Part shown: positions 22,801 through 34,046 of the stretch, piece by piece
Layout of the letters: every line of letters starts with the position of its first letter
How positions within the stretch are numbered: the stretch's first letter is position 1
From: an uncultured virus (IMG/VR IMGVR_UViG_3300034105_002081)
Taxonomy: Duplodnaviria > Heunggongvirae > Uroviricota > Caudoviricetes
Length of the DNA: 64,000 nucleotides
Direction: 5' to 3' (one strand)
Virus record (IMG/VR): IMGVR_UViG_3300034105_002081
Span: 1 to 64,000 of that record
Position numbers and translations under genes: made by a program
Notes under the pieces: generated by a model
What the model was told of the DNA's origin: nothing
Database searches by the model: none
The model's input: the letters and a program-made list of their open reading frames with translations, nothing else

Positions 22801-25800
22801 AGCAGTAAGACTAGGTCTTAAAACCCCTTCCTATATCAACCCAGATGACGAGTTGCTAGATATTATAAATGCAGTAAATAAGCAATCTAGTTCTACTGCT
22901 GATTATCTAGCTTCACAATCTCTTCAAGAAGCTACAGTAAATCTATCCAGTGTCATTAAATCACAGAATGCTGGAACAGACGTCTATAGACCCTCAAAAG
23001 CTTTAAGGGGTGAAATAATTAACTTCGAAGACCCGAATAGAGTTAAATATTTTAATAAAGATAAAGAAGTAATTTCCGTTTTACCTATAAATAAAGGATA
23101 CGCTACTGTCGGATATCACTTACCAATTGAGTCATCCGGAGAAAAGACTGATAACGAATTATCTAATTTTGAAAATATTCACAAACAAATTGATCAGTTA
23201 CCCGCTAGATTTTCTTTCCCATATTTTACGGACAGACCAGCAGGAGCGGTACTAACCGACTATGCTTTCTTTGCTGTTTCTAATCAAAGAGATAAGTTAG
23301 GGGATTTTTATAAAGACGATAAAGATTACGAAAAACTTGGCAGAGACCCAAGTTGGAACATATTACTAGCAGCAGAAGCTGGACTTATAGGAAAAACTTT
23401 AACTGTAGATAAAGGACTAGATTACGATATAGATCTTAAATTAGATATTTCTTCTATATTTAGAAATGTTGATGTCGCTAGTGCCATAGGTGATAGCTTT
23501 ATCTATGGTCTTGATGAACTGCAACCAGGAGCTTCCAAAACAATAATCAGAATGCCACTACCTTCAATAAAGGGTGAGCTCAAAAAAGCTACCGACATTA
23601 ACGGAAGTGGAAGTTGGGAATATAAATATTTTGATGCAGGAACAATTACTGCAAAATCACCATTTAGTTATAGGGATTGGGGCTCTCCAAAAACAGCTGA
23701 AGATGAACAGTTTTATATTGCTATGAGATTTCCGTATAAAATTGCAGAAGATACAAACGATCCATTATGGACAGAATTTAAAGAACAATATTTTTCTGAT
23801 AAAGAAAATTCAGATTTTTATGGATCAGTTAAAGACTATAAGAATAGAAAAGTATTAATATATAGTCCAACTACAAATCAAGCAGTTGTTTGTAAACCAG
23901 CTTATTTCCTTTGGGGTGAACTTGAAGCAGACTTATATCAACCGACAGAAGGAGCTGACATTAATAGAACAGATACTAGTTACTTAAACTTTAAATATAA
24001 TAATACTAGTATTCAAATTAGCTCCTTAATATCTCCCGACGCTGCATATTACCTTGGTGTAATGAGCTTAACGGAAGATGAAAAAAATTATTATGATAAG
24101 GGGAATGATGCAAGCGACGCTGCTAAAGTATTAGCAGAAGCTGGCGTTGCCCCTAACCCAATACCAAGAGAATGTTACTATGCATTTGTCGATGACAATG
24201 TACCAGTTGGAGTGGTGACAACTATGACAAGTCCAGCGACACATTTTACGATAGACTCATCATCTGGTTCTAATTATTTAATTGGTTTTGGAAAATATGG
24301 TGCAGTCAATTCTACTAATACTGTTAAATATACGGCAAAAGCTCTTACCACTAATGCAAGCGCTGGGCGTATGGCACAATTGCCAGCTGGATCAAGCCAA
24401 GAGGCAATAGATCGTTGGACTAGAACAGCGGCAGCAGCGTTAGATACAAATTATATTCAATACGTACCAGACTCAAATATACAATTACTCTCTTCTGAAA
24501 TGATGGCTGCCCTAGCTGCAAAAGGTGGAAATTATATTGATTACTTTAAATATGTTAATGAAGAAAAATACGATAAGGTTTCAAGAGACGCATTATACAA
24601 GATATTAGATAAAGAGTTAACTACTACTGGTGACGTAGAAACTGGTACGGGAAGGTTTAGTTTTGCTCCAGTCTTTGATCCGGCAGATCCAAGTTCAGTT
24701 AAAGCTAGAGAGTTATTTGACGAAGATTATAGTTCTTCAATTCATGTTCTTGCGGGAAATGGAAGAACTCTTGCTCAAGCTAACGATATTTGGGATCAAT
24801 TTAGATTTGCGTACCATAATTACGATTCAGTAAAACAAATATTTTTTCAAGCATTTGGAATAAACCCTGAAGGCACCGATCCTATACCTAATAATCTTTT
24901 GACTATAATTAGAGATATATACAACAATAAGGGTACAGAAGCTCAAAAAATAGAAATATTTAAAAAATTCAATGACACTATTCCAGGTGCAGCGGATGAA
25001 TTCACCGCATTGCTTGGAGACGATTTTATCAATCAAACAGGTTCCACTAGTAAAACAAACGCAAGCCAGCTTAGTTCTGATGAGATAAAGAAAGCTATAG
25101 AATTTGCTAGAAGTAATTTTATTGATGCGCCACAATCAGAGGACGGTTTGATAAACTATTTTAACTCAGTACTTAGAGATAAATTCATAAAAATAGGATA
25201 CTACCTAAAAGGTGCTGCCAACATGATAGAGGCTTCTAGCGGCGGTAAAACTCCAATGATATTTGACTCTAATAATAATAATGTAACAGGAAAACAATTA
25301 TTCTACCTTGTAGTTGGAATATTTAGACAAGCAATGTGGCAAGAGCCTTATGCTAGAGCTTGGTTAATATTAAAGCCAAATAGAAAATATGTTGGTGACG
25401 ACATGTGGGACTTTAACCCAGTCAATCCAATATTTTCAGTATTTATAGATCCAAACTTTAATGTTTCATCCGATCAAAAGAAGTTCCTAAAGATTTTGGC
25501 AGATAATAAAAGCGAAGGTAACAGCGCAGGAAATATCGGTTCCGTTATGGTTAATGGAGTAGAGGATTTCTTTAAAAATAGCATAGGACCTGTTTGGACA
25601 GCCCTGAGTGATGGCTTAAGTGGTCTATTAAATATGTTTAGAGTATCAATGATGCAAATGGGTTACGGCCTAGAGCAAGTAGACAACTTTGCCAGACAGG
25701 CTAATGTTCTAAATAAAGCTTTAAATGATTCTATATACTATTCACTTGGCAGGGCTGGATCTTTATTAAGGGCAGTAGACAATCCATTTACAAGAGAGTA

Positions 25801-28042
25801 TGGAGAGCCAGTTGTAGAGATCAGGGAACCATTTCAAAGAATGCACTACCTAAGTTCTTTTTCTCATATTCTTGCTAATAATATAATCGAAAATACTTCT
25901 GGCGTTGCCACACAGGTAACAGCAGTTTCCGATGGTAAATATCCAGTAACAGTAGCATTGGATAAAAGTATATCTTCTGAAAGACAAGTGGAAAAAACCG
26001 TTGAAACAGATCTGTACTTTGACAATGTAATGGGTTCTGGTATTTTTGGAATAGCACAACCTTTATTCCATCCTCTGGAATTCACTAGAGGCGTTGCTAA
26101 GTTAGCGCAAGGTGCTCCAGATGAATTAACGGCAAGAAGAGTAGCTTTATCTCATCTTAAAGATTCCCTAAAGGATATCTATGGTGGTGAATTAGTAGTA
26201 ATAGGATCTCCTGACATAAGACCTCATGATATAGTTTACCTTGCAGACGTTTATGAAAGAATGTATGGCCTATTTGAAGTGGAACAAGTGGTTCATCACT
26301 TTACTGCTGATCTTGGATTCATTACCTCAATAACACCTAATGCAATGGTTTCAGTAAATGACCCAGGAAGATGGTTCTTATCATCTTGGATGCATTCGTG
26401 GTTCTCAATTAAGAACATAAGAGATCACACTAAGATTTTGATGAACTCCGTACAAGCAGGGTCAACAGGGATTATGTCTAGCGGAAATATATCCGTTGAT
26501 GGTTTATCTCAAGCTCTAAGCACTCAATTATTGGGAGGAATACAATTTACCCACGGATCTAGTGCGTTAATGAAAGATGTTGTGTCTAATTATAGTGCAG
26601 AAGCATTATCAGATGCTCAAGCAAGTATAGAAAGTCAAGTAAAGAGTGGAGCCACTGGAGGGGTTAGCCTTTCTACTTTTGCCTTAGGTTTCGTTGGCAC
26701 TGTAGCTGCTGGTGCGGCTATTGTAGGGGCTCTAGCTCCTCTTGGGGTGGTTGGACTAGGTGTAGGTGCATCATTTGGCGCTCAAGGGTTCTGGGGTGGC
26801 TGGCAGTGGGTTAGGGACAATGTTCTAGATCAACACGGTTGTTATATTCAGTACTTAAATAGAAATGGACAACCAATGGACGCTGGCCTCTCCATTAACC
26901 AAGGAATGGTAGTAGGAAAATATCATAGTAAAAAATTGCTACCAGGAATCTTAGGTGTAAGAGCCCATACTATGGTTGACGGGAATGCTTATGTAAGAAG
27001 TGATGATATATTAAAGAGTATTGGATGGAAAGAAAAGGAAATTAATGAATTAGTTAGATACATTAGTTTAGAAAACTCTTTAGTCAATGCAGAGGTATTA
27101 AAATATTCAGGAACAGGTCCAGATAAAGCTGGTTTTACTGAGTTCTTTAAGGTTGTTTGTAGAGTAAGTAGATTTATTGATGGAGGGGAAGTAGAAGTTG
27201 TAGATATATTTAACCCAAGTGCTCAACCATTTAAGGTTAAACTAGACGGAATTATTTCTGGAAATTTAAATTCAATGAGTGGATATTTAAACAATTCTAG
27301 TCAATCAAATTATATAGATTCTACTCAAACAACTATAGTTAACACTAATTCTTCTGGTGGTCGTTCGGCAGAATATATAGCAAAACAACTAACTGGTAAG
27401 ATTTTTGTAGTTAGAATAGCACCAAATGATATGTCAGCCACATCAATTTTTACTGAAGACGATTTAGATCCAGGCTCTTCCAAAAATATAAAATCCAATT
27501 ATTTAACTGCAGATAAATACGGCGATGGTGAAAAAGAAAAAGCTCTTGGAACTATATTCTATAGGATTATAGGTAATGAATTAAATAACGTAGAAGAAGA
27601 CATAAGGTCTTTTTTCTACAAAAATCAAGCTAGTGGTGTAGATGAATTGAAGAATAACTTTAAAAATACTTTATATCAAGGTTCAGTCTTTTATAAAAAG
27701 TTTAATGAATTATTTAATCAGATTAAAAATTCAAATATAACAGAGCCCAACATAGGTTCCAATACAGCAGATTCTCTTTCTTCTTTGTCTGATCAAAAGA
27801 AGCAATTGTATACAATATTTTATAATATAAGAATAGCTGAATTACTATATGAAAAAGCATCACAGTGGCCCTATACTTCTTGGGATGAATACTATGATGA
27901 CGGTGGCCCAGCTACACTAAACTGGGAATTGGTTATTAATGGACTTGCGCAAGTTTCTACTACAGATCTTCTTAGAGAAAGAAAATCTGTTATAAGCCTT
28001 GAAGAGCAATTAGCTATACCGAAATACATACCTTCTAGGTAG
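16804..28042 (+). CDS. Giant baseplate-hub-like protein with C-terminal degenerate SNase-like domain; needs +1 shift at CGG 17569; about 3,745 aa fused
   Basis: ORF 16804..17586 joins ORF 17660..28042 via a +1 frame open from 17555. Hub-type segments: LKPGVRVHLRGGYG...LFNGIITSV and GELVVIGSPDIRPHDIVYL...GLFEVEQVVHHF. Confidence 0.65.
17569..17572 (+). other. +1 recoding site 3 (CTA CGG-A GTT)
   Basis: In-frame CGG; window 17555-17583. Confidence 0.75.
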
Positions 28043-28060
28043 ATAAGATAGGAATTTTTT

Positions 28061-31000
28061 ATGGCAGATTTTGGTTTTACATTAGATGATTTAGATAGCT
28101 CAACATCTATTACCAGGAAGATAGCTGAAGGCTTTAATCCAAATGGATCAGAAAGTTTAACAACTTCAGCTTCTCAAAGTGGATATGAAAATGAGACTAT
28201 GAGCACTAGGGATGTAAGTGAAATATTATCTCGGTGATACTCTATTTAGGAACCCAGCATCTCTTATTAACGTTTCTAACAAGTTTGTTAATTCAACTGC
28301 ACACTCTTTGATTACCACTGGAGCGCAAAGTTCAGAATCTTTTTCTATACCAAACCCAGATTATCAAGGTAAAGACGGAGAACCGTCAAAATTATCTGGT
28401 CGGAGCAGCTTACCTAAAAATAGTTTCTAAGTCTATAGCGGGAACTGGTTATGCAGCAGCTGGATCAAACAATCCATTAATGGATCTTTTAAATACATAT
28501 AAAACTGGTCAATGGCCTAAGAGCTCTAGCGGTTCTGGTGTTTCGCAATTTGGTGGGCCACTTATTAAGCATGGCAATGTTACTTATATATTCGATCCAT
28601 CTGCACCATCTTTAGGATCAAGAATGATTGCTCTAGATTCAGAGCTAACACCAGAAGAAAAACAATACTATATCGAAAGAGGAACCATTCTCAGTAGAGT
28701 AGTAGGTGACACTGTATTGATTTCTGGTTTTGACATAGATTTTCCTGATAATTGGACTAACCATAAATTAATAGCCACTCAGTCCTATTATCCTGATGTT
28801 CCTCAAGAGCAAAATAATGGATTTGTTCAAGACAGTTTAATTATCGCCCCAAAACAAAAAGCGTATATATGTGCAGCTCTAATAGAATTGTTAATAGCAT
28901 TAGCTGATAAAATAGGATTCGACGGAACTTTTGCTACTTCTAGAGCAGTCATAACACAAGAAGGTGATAATCAAATAGGATTAGATGGTTCGTCTTCAAA
29001 GGTTAACTCAAATATTAAAAACATAATATCAGATCATGTTTTTGGAAGATCTTTTGATTTTCAAAAGTTAGGTTCCAATTACGATTCTACTCAAAATATT
29101 CCAGTATCAGAAGATGGATATCAGCTCAGTCTAGATATGCTTCTAGAAGCTCTTAATACTATGCCTATGCCACTTCTTCCTGATTTAATTGTAATCCATC
29201 CAGAAGTTGGTAGAAAATTAGGAATAGTAGAAGGCCTTGAGGGAATGAGTTCTGCTGTTAAAATGAAATATCCAAATTTAAAGTATGTTGATTTTGTGTC
29301 AGATGATAATCACACAAGTCACATTCACATTTCTTTTAGCGCAGAAAGAGCTGGTAAGTATATCGGTTCAGAAGGTCTTATCGTAAGTAGTACAATAATA
29401 GATGAAGTAGACAGTGGCGAAAGCGATGCCGCTCTGCAAGCTGCAATCGAAGTATCCAGAGCAAAAGCTACTATTAATTACAAAGCATTAGAGGGAGATC
29501 TATCTAATCTGGATGTGTTTCAAATATTAACAGCTAAAAGTTTTAGTCCAGAAGTAGCTGCTATATTTACCGCCATAATGGCAAGAGAGAGCAACCGTAA
29601 CCCAGGATCATTCAATGGAGTTTGCAGTAGGAATCCAGAAAATTGGAATGGATTAGCAGATGACTATTCTGTAGGAATGTTTCAGTTCAACTTATTATCA
29701 TACATTAATGCAAAAACTGGGGCAGTAACAAAGTTACCAGTAGTATATGATGGAACTAAATATCTAGATAAACCAAAAATGATGAAGGCTACCCATTTAG
29801 CTTATAAGCCTGGAGCAGACGCTAATTGGACAGACACACAGATTTTAGAAAAAATGTTGTTGCTTCAGAATGCAGGCAAAGCTTTTGTAGATGATTTACT
29901 TTGGTATCCAGTCAATCAAGTAGCTTTAGCAACTTATAAATGGGGTGCCAACGCTTCAGATAATGTAATAAAAACATCAAGCGGATTTCATGCGTGGGGA
30001 GATTATGGAACTAGATCTGAATGTGGTTTTATATTCTTAACTAGTTTCCAAGAAGCTGTTAGCGTTTACTTAACAACGGGTAACGATATAGCTATATTAC
30101 AAGAATGGGTAAGAAAAAACCTTCCAAAATACAATCCTAAAACAGCTCCTTATATAGAACAGTGGATGTCTGGAACTATTTTCTTTTCTAAAAAGAAAAA
30201 AAATACTTTAATTAAAAGCTCTAAGCCGATTAAATACGTACCAGCTGCTGGAGCTTCCTCTGGTGGATCTGTAATACAACAAATAGATAAAAAGCTTTTA
30301 ATCATTGGCAATCTAAATGTATCTGATAGTTCTACTCTAATTACAAAAAAAATGGGTCAAACTCCATGGTCTTATTATAAGACAATAGGAAAAGCTGGAC
30401 TAAGGATGGCTACAGCAAGTGCAGGTAACGCAGCTTTAAAAACTTTAATTCAAGAAATTCAAACTTTAAAAACAGCATCAGGCTCTGATAAATTTGTACC
30501 CGATGCATACATTATAGCAACCGGTGCGACTGATGCGCTGTTAGGGCTAGATTTAACAGGTTTAAAAAATTTAATTAAATTAGTTATGGTTGAAATAGGA
30601 TCTAAACCAACCTATTGGATAGACACCTATTCTGCATCAACAAATGTTGATATAAGTCAATCTTCTATTTTTAATCAAGCATTAGAAGATTTAAGACCAA
30701 GTTACCCAAATATATTAATTAACTCAAGTACTTTAAATTGGGCAGAATTAGTAGTAGCTAACGAAAGCTATTTATCTGAGAGCAAAAGAACTTTATCATC
30801 CTTGGGCCAAGAAGCTTATGCCACCTTAATCGAGACATCGGCTAATGAATTAGCTAACCTCATTGTTCCAGGTTCATATTCTTATGGTGGGGATAGCACT
30901 GTTGCCCCTACTTTCACTAAAGACCAAATCAAAGAAGCAGCAATATGGTTAAGGACAAATAGAATGGCTGACTGGCAAACCAAGACTAATAAGAAATTTG

Positions 31001-31404
31001 GATGTGAAGGTTTTGCTAATAGACTAAGTGCAGCCTTGGGGCTGTTTGGTGAAGCTATGCCAGAGATATTCAACGATGAGTGGGATGGTCCTACTACTAC
31101 TCAAGTTCCGACTAATCTAGATAGGTCCTTAAGTGCAACAGCACATTATAATAAAGTAAAAAATCGCTCAGACTTCTTTGGCCCAACAACTCCTAAGGGT
31201 AAAAATCCTCCAAAGGGATATGTAGTATACTGGACTGGTGGTACCCCTGCAACTGATGACCTTGGGCATAATGGAATATCATTGGGTGATGGAACTTATA
31301 TAGATCAAAATGATGGATCACCTTATAAGATAATCGGAAGCACAGTAGCGGGAGGATTCCCTGGTATTAATTATACATACGTTGGCACTACACCCACTTG
31401 GTAA
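28061..31404 (+). CDS. Tail-associated multidomain peptidoglycan hydrolase; needs two +1 shifts (CGG 28232 and 28401); about 1,113 aa fused
   Basis: ATG 28061 after AGGA reads MADFGFTLDDL...EILS-CGG-TGA, then the frame of ORF 28218..28430, then the frame of 28480..31404. Motifs: SDHVFGRSFD...HIH (M15-type Zn peptidase), ARES...GMFQ (lytic transglycosylase-like), SGNH-like region, GCEGF...GHNGI (CHAP/NlpC-P60). Confidence 0.7.
28232..28235 (+). other. +1 recoding site 4 (TCT CGG-T GAT)
   Basis: In-frame CGG immediately followed by TGA; window 28218-28234; the only CGG-T site. Confidence 0.7.
28401..28404 (+). other. +1 recoding site 5 (GGT CGG-A GCA)
   Basis: In-frame CGG in the 28218 frame; the +1 frame reads GAAYLKIVSKSIAG... 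into ORF 28480; window about 28312-28427. Confidence 0.7.
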
Positions 31405-31415
31405 AGGAAAATAAT

Positions 31416-31781
31416 ATGACAAAAATATATCCAAAATTTGATAAAAAAATAGCAGACAGTTTAAGCGCAGCTAGAATTCAACAAACAAAAACTAGACCTG
31501 GTGTTGTAATGTCTTTCGACAGAAAGAAGAACACTGCAATAATAGTACTAGAAGATAAAATGTCTGGTTCTATAGGGGAAATTATAAAAGATGTACCGTG
31601 TCCAGATATACAGGGTATCCAAACCGTTGCACCAACAGCAGGATCAAGATGCATAGTTTCTTTTCGAGATGACAACGAAAGATACCCCCATATAGTATCA
31701 TTTATAAATGATATTAATTTCCAATCTAAATACCGTGTCAACTATGGTGTTGACACAGGTGTTCCTAACTTTTTAATATAA
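31416..31781 (+). CDS. Baseplate spike/gpV-like OB-fold protein (putative)
   Basis: PGVVMSFD...KDVPCP...PTAGSRCIVSF pattern typical of gp5/gpV N-terminal OB domains; ATG 31416 after AAGGA. Confidence 0.5.
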   Translation: MTKIYPKFDKKIADSLSAARIQQTKTRPGVVMSFDRKKNTAIIVLEDKMSGSIGEIIKDVPCPDIQGIQTVAPTAGSRCIVSFRDDNERYPHIVSFINDINFQSKYRVNYGVDTGVPNFLI

Positions 31782-31783
31782 TC

Positions 31784-32482
31784 ATGAACCCAAACGACCC
31801 AATAGTAAAAAATTATAGTTCAAATGCAAAAAACTATATATCTGAAAAAAATGAGTATGAAAAAAGAAAAAACTTTTCATCTAGAGAAGTTGGGTTGACC
31901 CATCCTGATAATTCTTCTTTTATTCGCTTAACCGATTCTGGAGATATAGAAATTTTTACAGCACCAGGAGTTGGCATGATTATAAGTGGATCTACTAGAA
32001 GCATATCTCTTTTTGCTGACAGTATAAGATTTCACACCAAGGAAAATGGTTTAAAGTGGAATTCTATGGATTTTAATCATTCGGCAGACGATTTCACTGA
32101 GCCAACTTTATTGAAATCTAATCCAGATCAATACAACCCAGCTTATATAAACATAGGTAAATATATAGATGAATTGATAAAAATAAACGAAGAGGAACAA
32201 CAGGAAGTAAAACCAACTATTACTATAGGAGGGGAGTATCAATTTGTTGACACTACTGCAGATTTAACTGGTAATTACGGTTTCCTTTCTGGTAATGACT
32301 CTTCTTCTTTATTTACTGAGGATCAAATCAGTATAATTAAAATTAGCTGGGAAACAAATATAACTCCTGTAAATAATAATATTAGCTTGGGTGAATTTAC
32401 TGACTACATTGTAAATTTAATGCAAAGTGGCTATACATTTAATCAAGCTAGAGATAAGGCGTTAAGGGACAAAATTGGGTGA
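31784..32482 (+). CDS. Putative baseplate protein
   Basis: 232 aa; beta-rich SFIRLTDSGDIEIF segment; lies between spike-like and gp25-like genes. Confidence 0.45.
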   Translation: MNPNDPIVKNYSSNAKNYISEKNEYEKRKNFSSREVGLTHPDNSSFIRLTDSGDIEIFTAPGVGMIISGSTRSISLFADSIRFHTKENGLKWNSMDFNHSADDFTEPTLLKSNPDQYNPAYINIGKYIDELIKINEEEQQEVKPTITIGGEYQFVDTTADLTGNYGFLSGNDSSSLFTEDQISIIKISWETNITPVNNNISLGEFTDYIVNLMQSGYTFNQARDKALRDKIG

Positions 32483-32855
32483 TTTTTATATAGACTTATC
32501 TGGAGACCTTAAGGTTACCGGCAATGGAGACATTGCAACAACTCAAAGCCCAGCAGAAGTTGACGTTCAACAAATATACTTAAGGCTGATGACTGAACCT
32601 GGTGATTTCTATATATATCCAGGCTTAGGCACAGACTTAGCAATGCTTTACGGAATGCCTCAAACTCCAGAAACTGGAGAATTAGGTAAGCGAATTATAA
32701 GATCTGCCTTAGAAAGAGAAGGAATATTCTCTAATAGAAAAATTATGATTGAGGCAGTTCCCACTTCCGAAGACTCTATAAGATTTGACGTTTTCATAAT
32801 TACCGAATTCAAAGAACCAACAGTACTATCTATTACTCAGACACTAGGGGTGTAA
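32475..32855 (+). CDS. Baseplate wedge / sheath initiator (gp25/gp46-like)
   Basis: 126 aa; GDL...QQIYLRLMTEPGDFYIYPGLGTDL pattern; directly upstream of the baseplate J gene. Confidence 0.7.
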   Translation: MGDFYIDLSGDLKVTGNGDIATTQSPAEVDVQQIYLRLMTEPGDFYIYPGLGTDLAMLYGMPQTPETGELGKRIIRSALEREGIFSNRKIMIEAVPTSEDSIRFDVFIITEFKEPTVLSITQTLGV

Positions 32856-32859
32856 TTTA

Positions 32860-34029
32860 ATGCCTATTTATAACTTAAAATCAAGAGACCAAATGCTTAT
32901 TGAGGTCGTTGACGCCCTACAAAAAAATGCAGGGATTACTGCGGTATCCCCAGGTTCTATAGCCAGGGCATTTGCAGAAGCGATAACCACTGAAGTGTCA
33001 GACCTTTATAGTGCATTTAAGCTTAGTATAGAGCAGTCAACCTTAGCAATGGCGACAGGAAAAAATTTAGATGCAATAGGAGAACTCTACAGCGTAAGCA
33101 GAAGAAGCATATCTGATGAACTAACCGTAGACAGGCTAACCTCTAATATAGAATTCTTTATCAGCGTACCATATTCTGCAGATATTACAATTCCAAAAGG
33201 GACATTGGTCTATACGGCTGTTGATAATTTCAACGATATTCAATACGCTTACGAATTAACTAATAATGTAACTATTTTATCTGGATTAACAAGAGAATAT
33301 GGCACAGTACAAGCAAAGTTTTCAGATACTGGTATTACAGCGGCAAGGAATACTGTGGTAAAACACAATTTCATAGGACCTCCTGGAGCTGCAATCTTTT
33401 GCAATAACCCTAAAGAAATATATAGCTCTTTAAACTCTGAGTCAGATGACAATTTCAGAAGAAGGATTATAGCATCGGTCCGAAGTAAGGGAACCGGAAC
33501 CGCTGAGTCTCTTAGATTTGCCGCCCTTGCCGTCAAAGGCGTAAAGGATGTAAAAATCAGAGAAGGTTCTTACGGTATAGGTTCTTGCGACTTAATAGTC
33601 GTACCAGAAAGCCTATCAGGAATGAACGCCCTTCCAGAAATCGTTTTTACCGCAGTAAGCGGGATAAAACCAGTTGGTATACGCATAAATGTAAGAATGG
33701 CCCAAAGAAAGAACGTCGATGTTACTGCTACATTAACCCTTAGAGAAGGAACGACATCTCAACTAGCTAGATCCGCAGAAGCACAGGCTAGAATATTCTT
33801 AACTAGATACTTAAATTCTTTTTCAATAGGAGATTCTATATCAATCAAAGAGATGGAATCCCAGATGAAATTTGCCTCTGACTTAATCCTTTCCGCTACG
33901 ATAAATAATGTTGCAGTAGATAAAAAGAATATATCAAATACCGACTATAGATTGTCTGATGATAGAAGTTTCATGATAGCTGGCGCAGTAGCTGTATATT
34001 CTGTTATAATTGGTACTTCAAACTACTAA
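32860..34029 (+). CDS. Baseplate J-like wedge protein
   Basis: 389 aa; PGSIARAFAEA, ATGKNLDAIG, ITIPKGT, ESDDNFRRRI, GTAESL and KPVGI are baseplate J family hallmarks. Confidence 0.85.
   Translation: MPIYNLKSRDQMLIEVVDALQKNAGITAVSPGSIARAFAEAITTEVSDLYSAFKLSIEQSTLAMATGKNLDAIGELYSVSRRSISDELTVDRLTSNIEFFISVPYSADITIPKGTLVYTAVDNFNDIQYAYELTNNVTILSGLTREYGTVQAKFSDTGITAARNTVVKHNFIGPPGAAIFCNNPKEIYSSLNSESDDNFRRRIIASVRSKGTGTAESLRFAALAVKGVKDVKIREGSYGIGSCDLIVVPESLSGMNALPEIVFTAVSGIKPVGIRINVRMAQRKNVDVTATLTLREGTTSQLARSAEAQARIFLTRYLNSFSIGDSISIKEMESQMKFASDLILSATINNVAVDKKNISNTDYRLSDDRSFMIAGAVAVYSVIIGTSNY
34002..34010 (+). promoter_or_regulatory. Extended -10 promoter element (TGTTATAAT)
   Basis: Perfect TGnTATAAT about 37 nt upstream of the phosphoesterase ATG. 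Confidence 0.45.
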
Positions 34030-34046
34030 ATTTAAAGAAGGCTTTA

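Noticed and set aside
28218..28430. Stand-alone 70 aa gene
   Set aside because: Better explained as the middle segment of the doubly shifted 28061..31404 gene.
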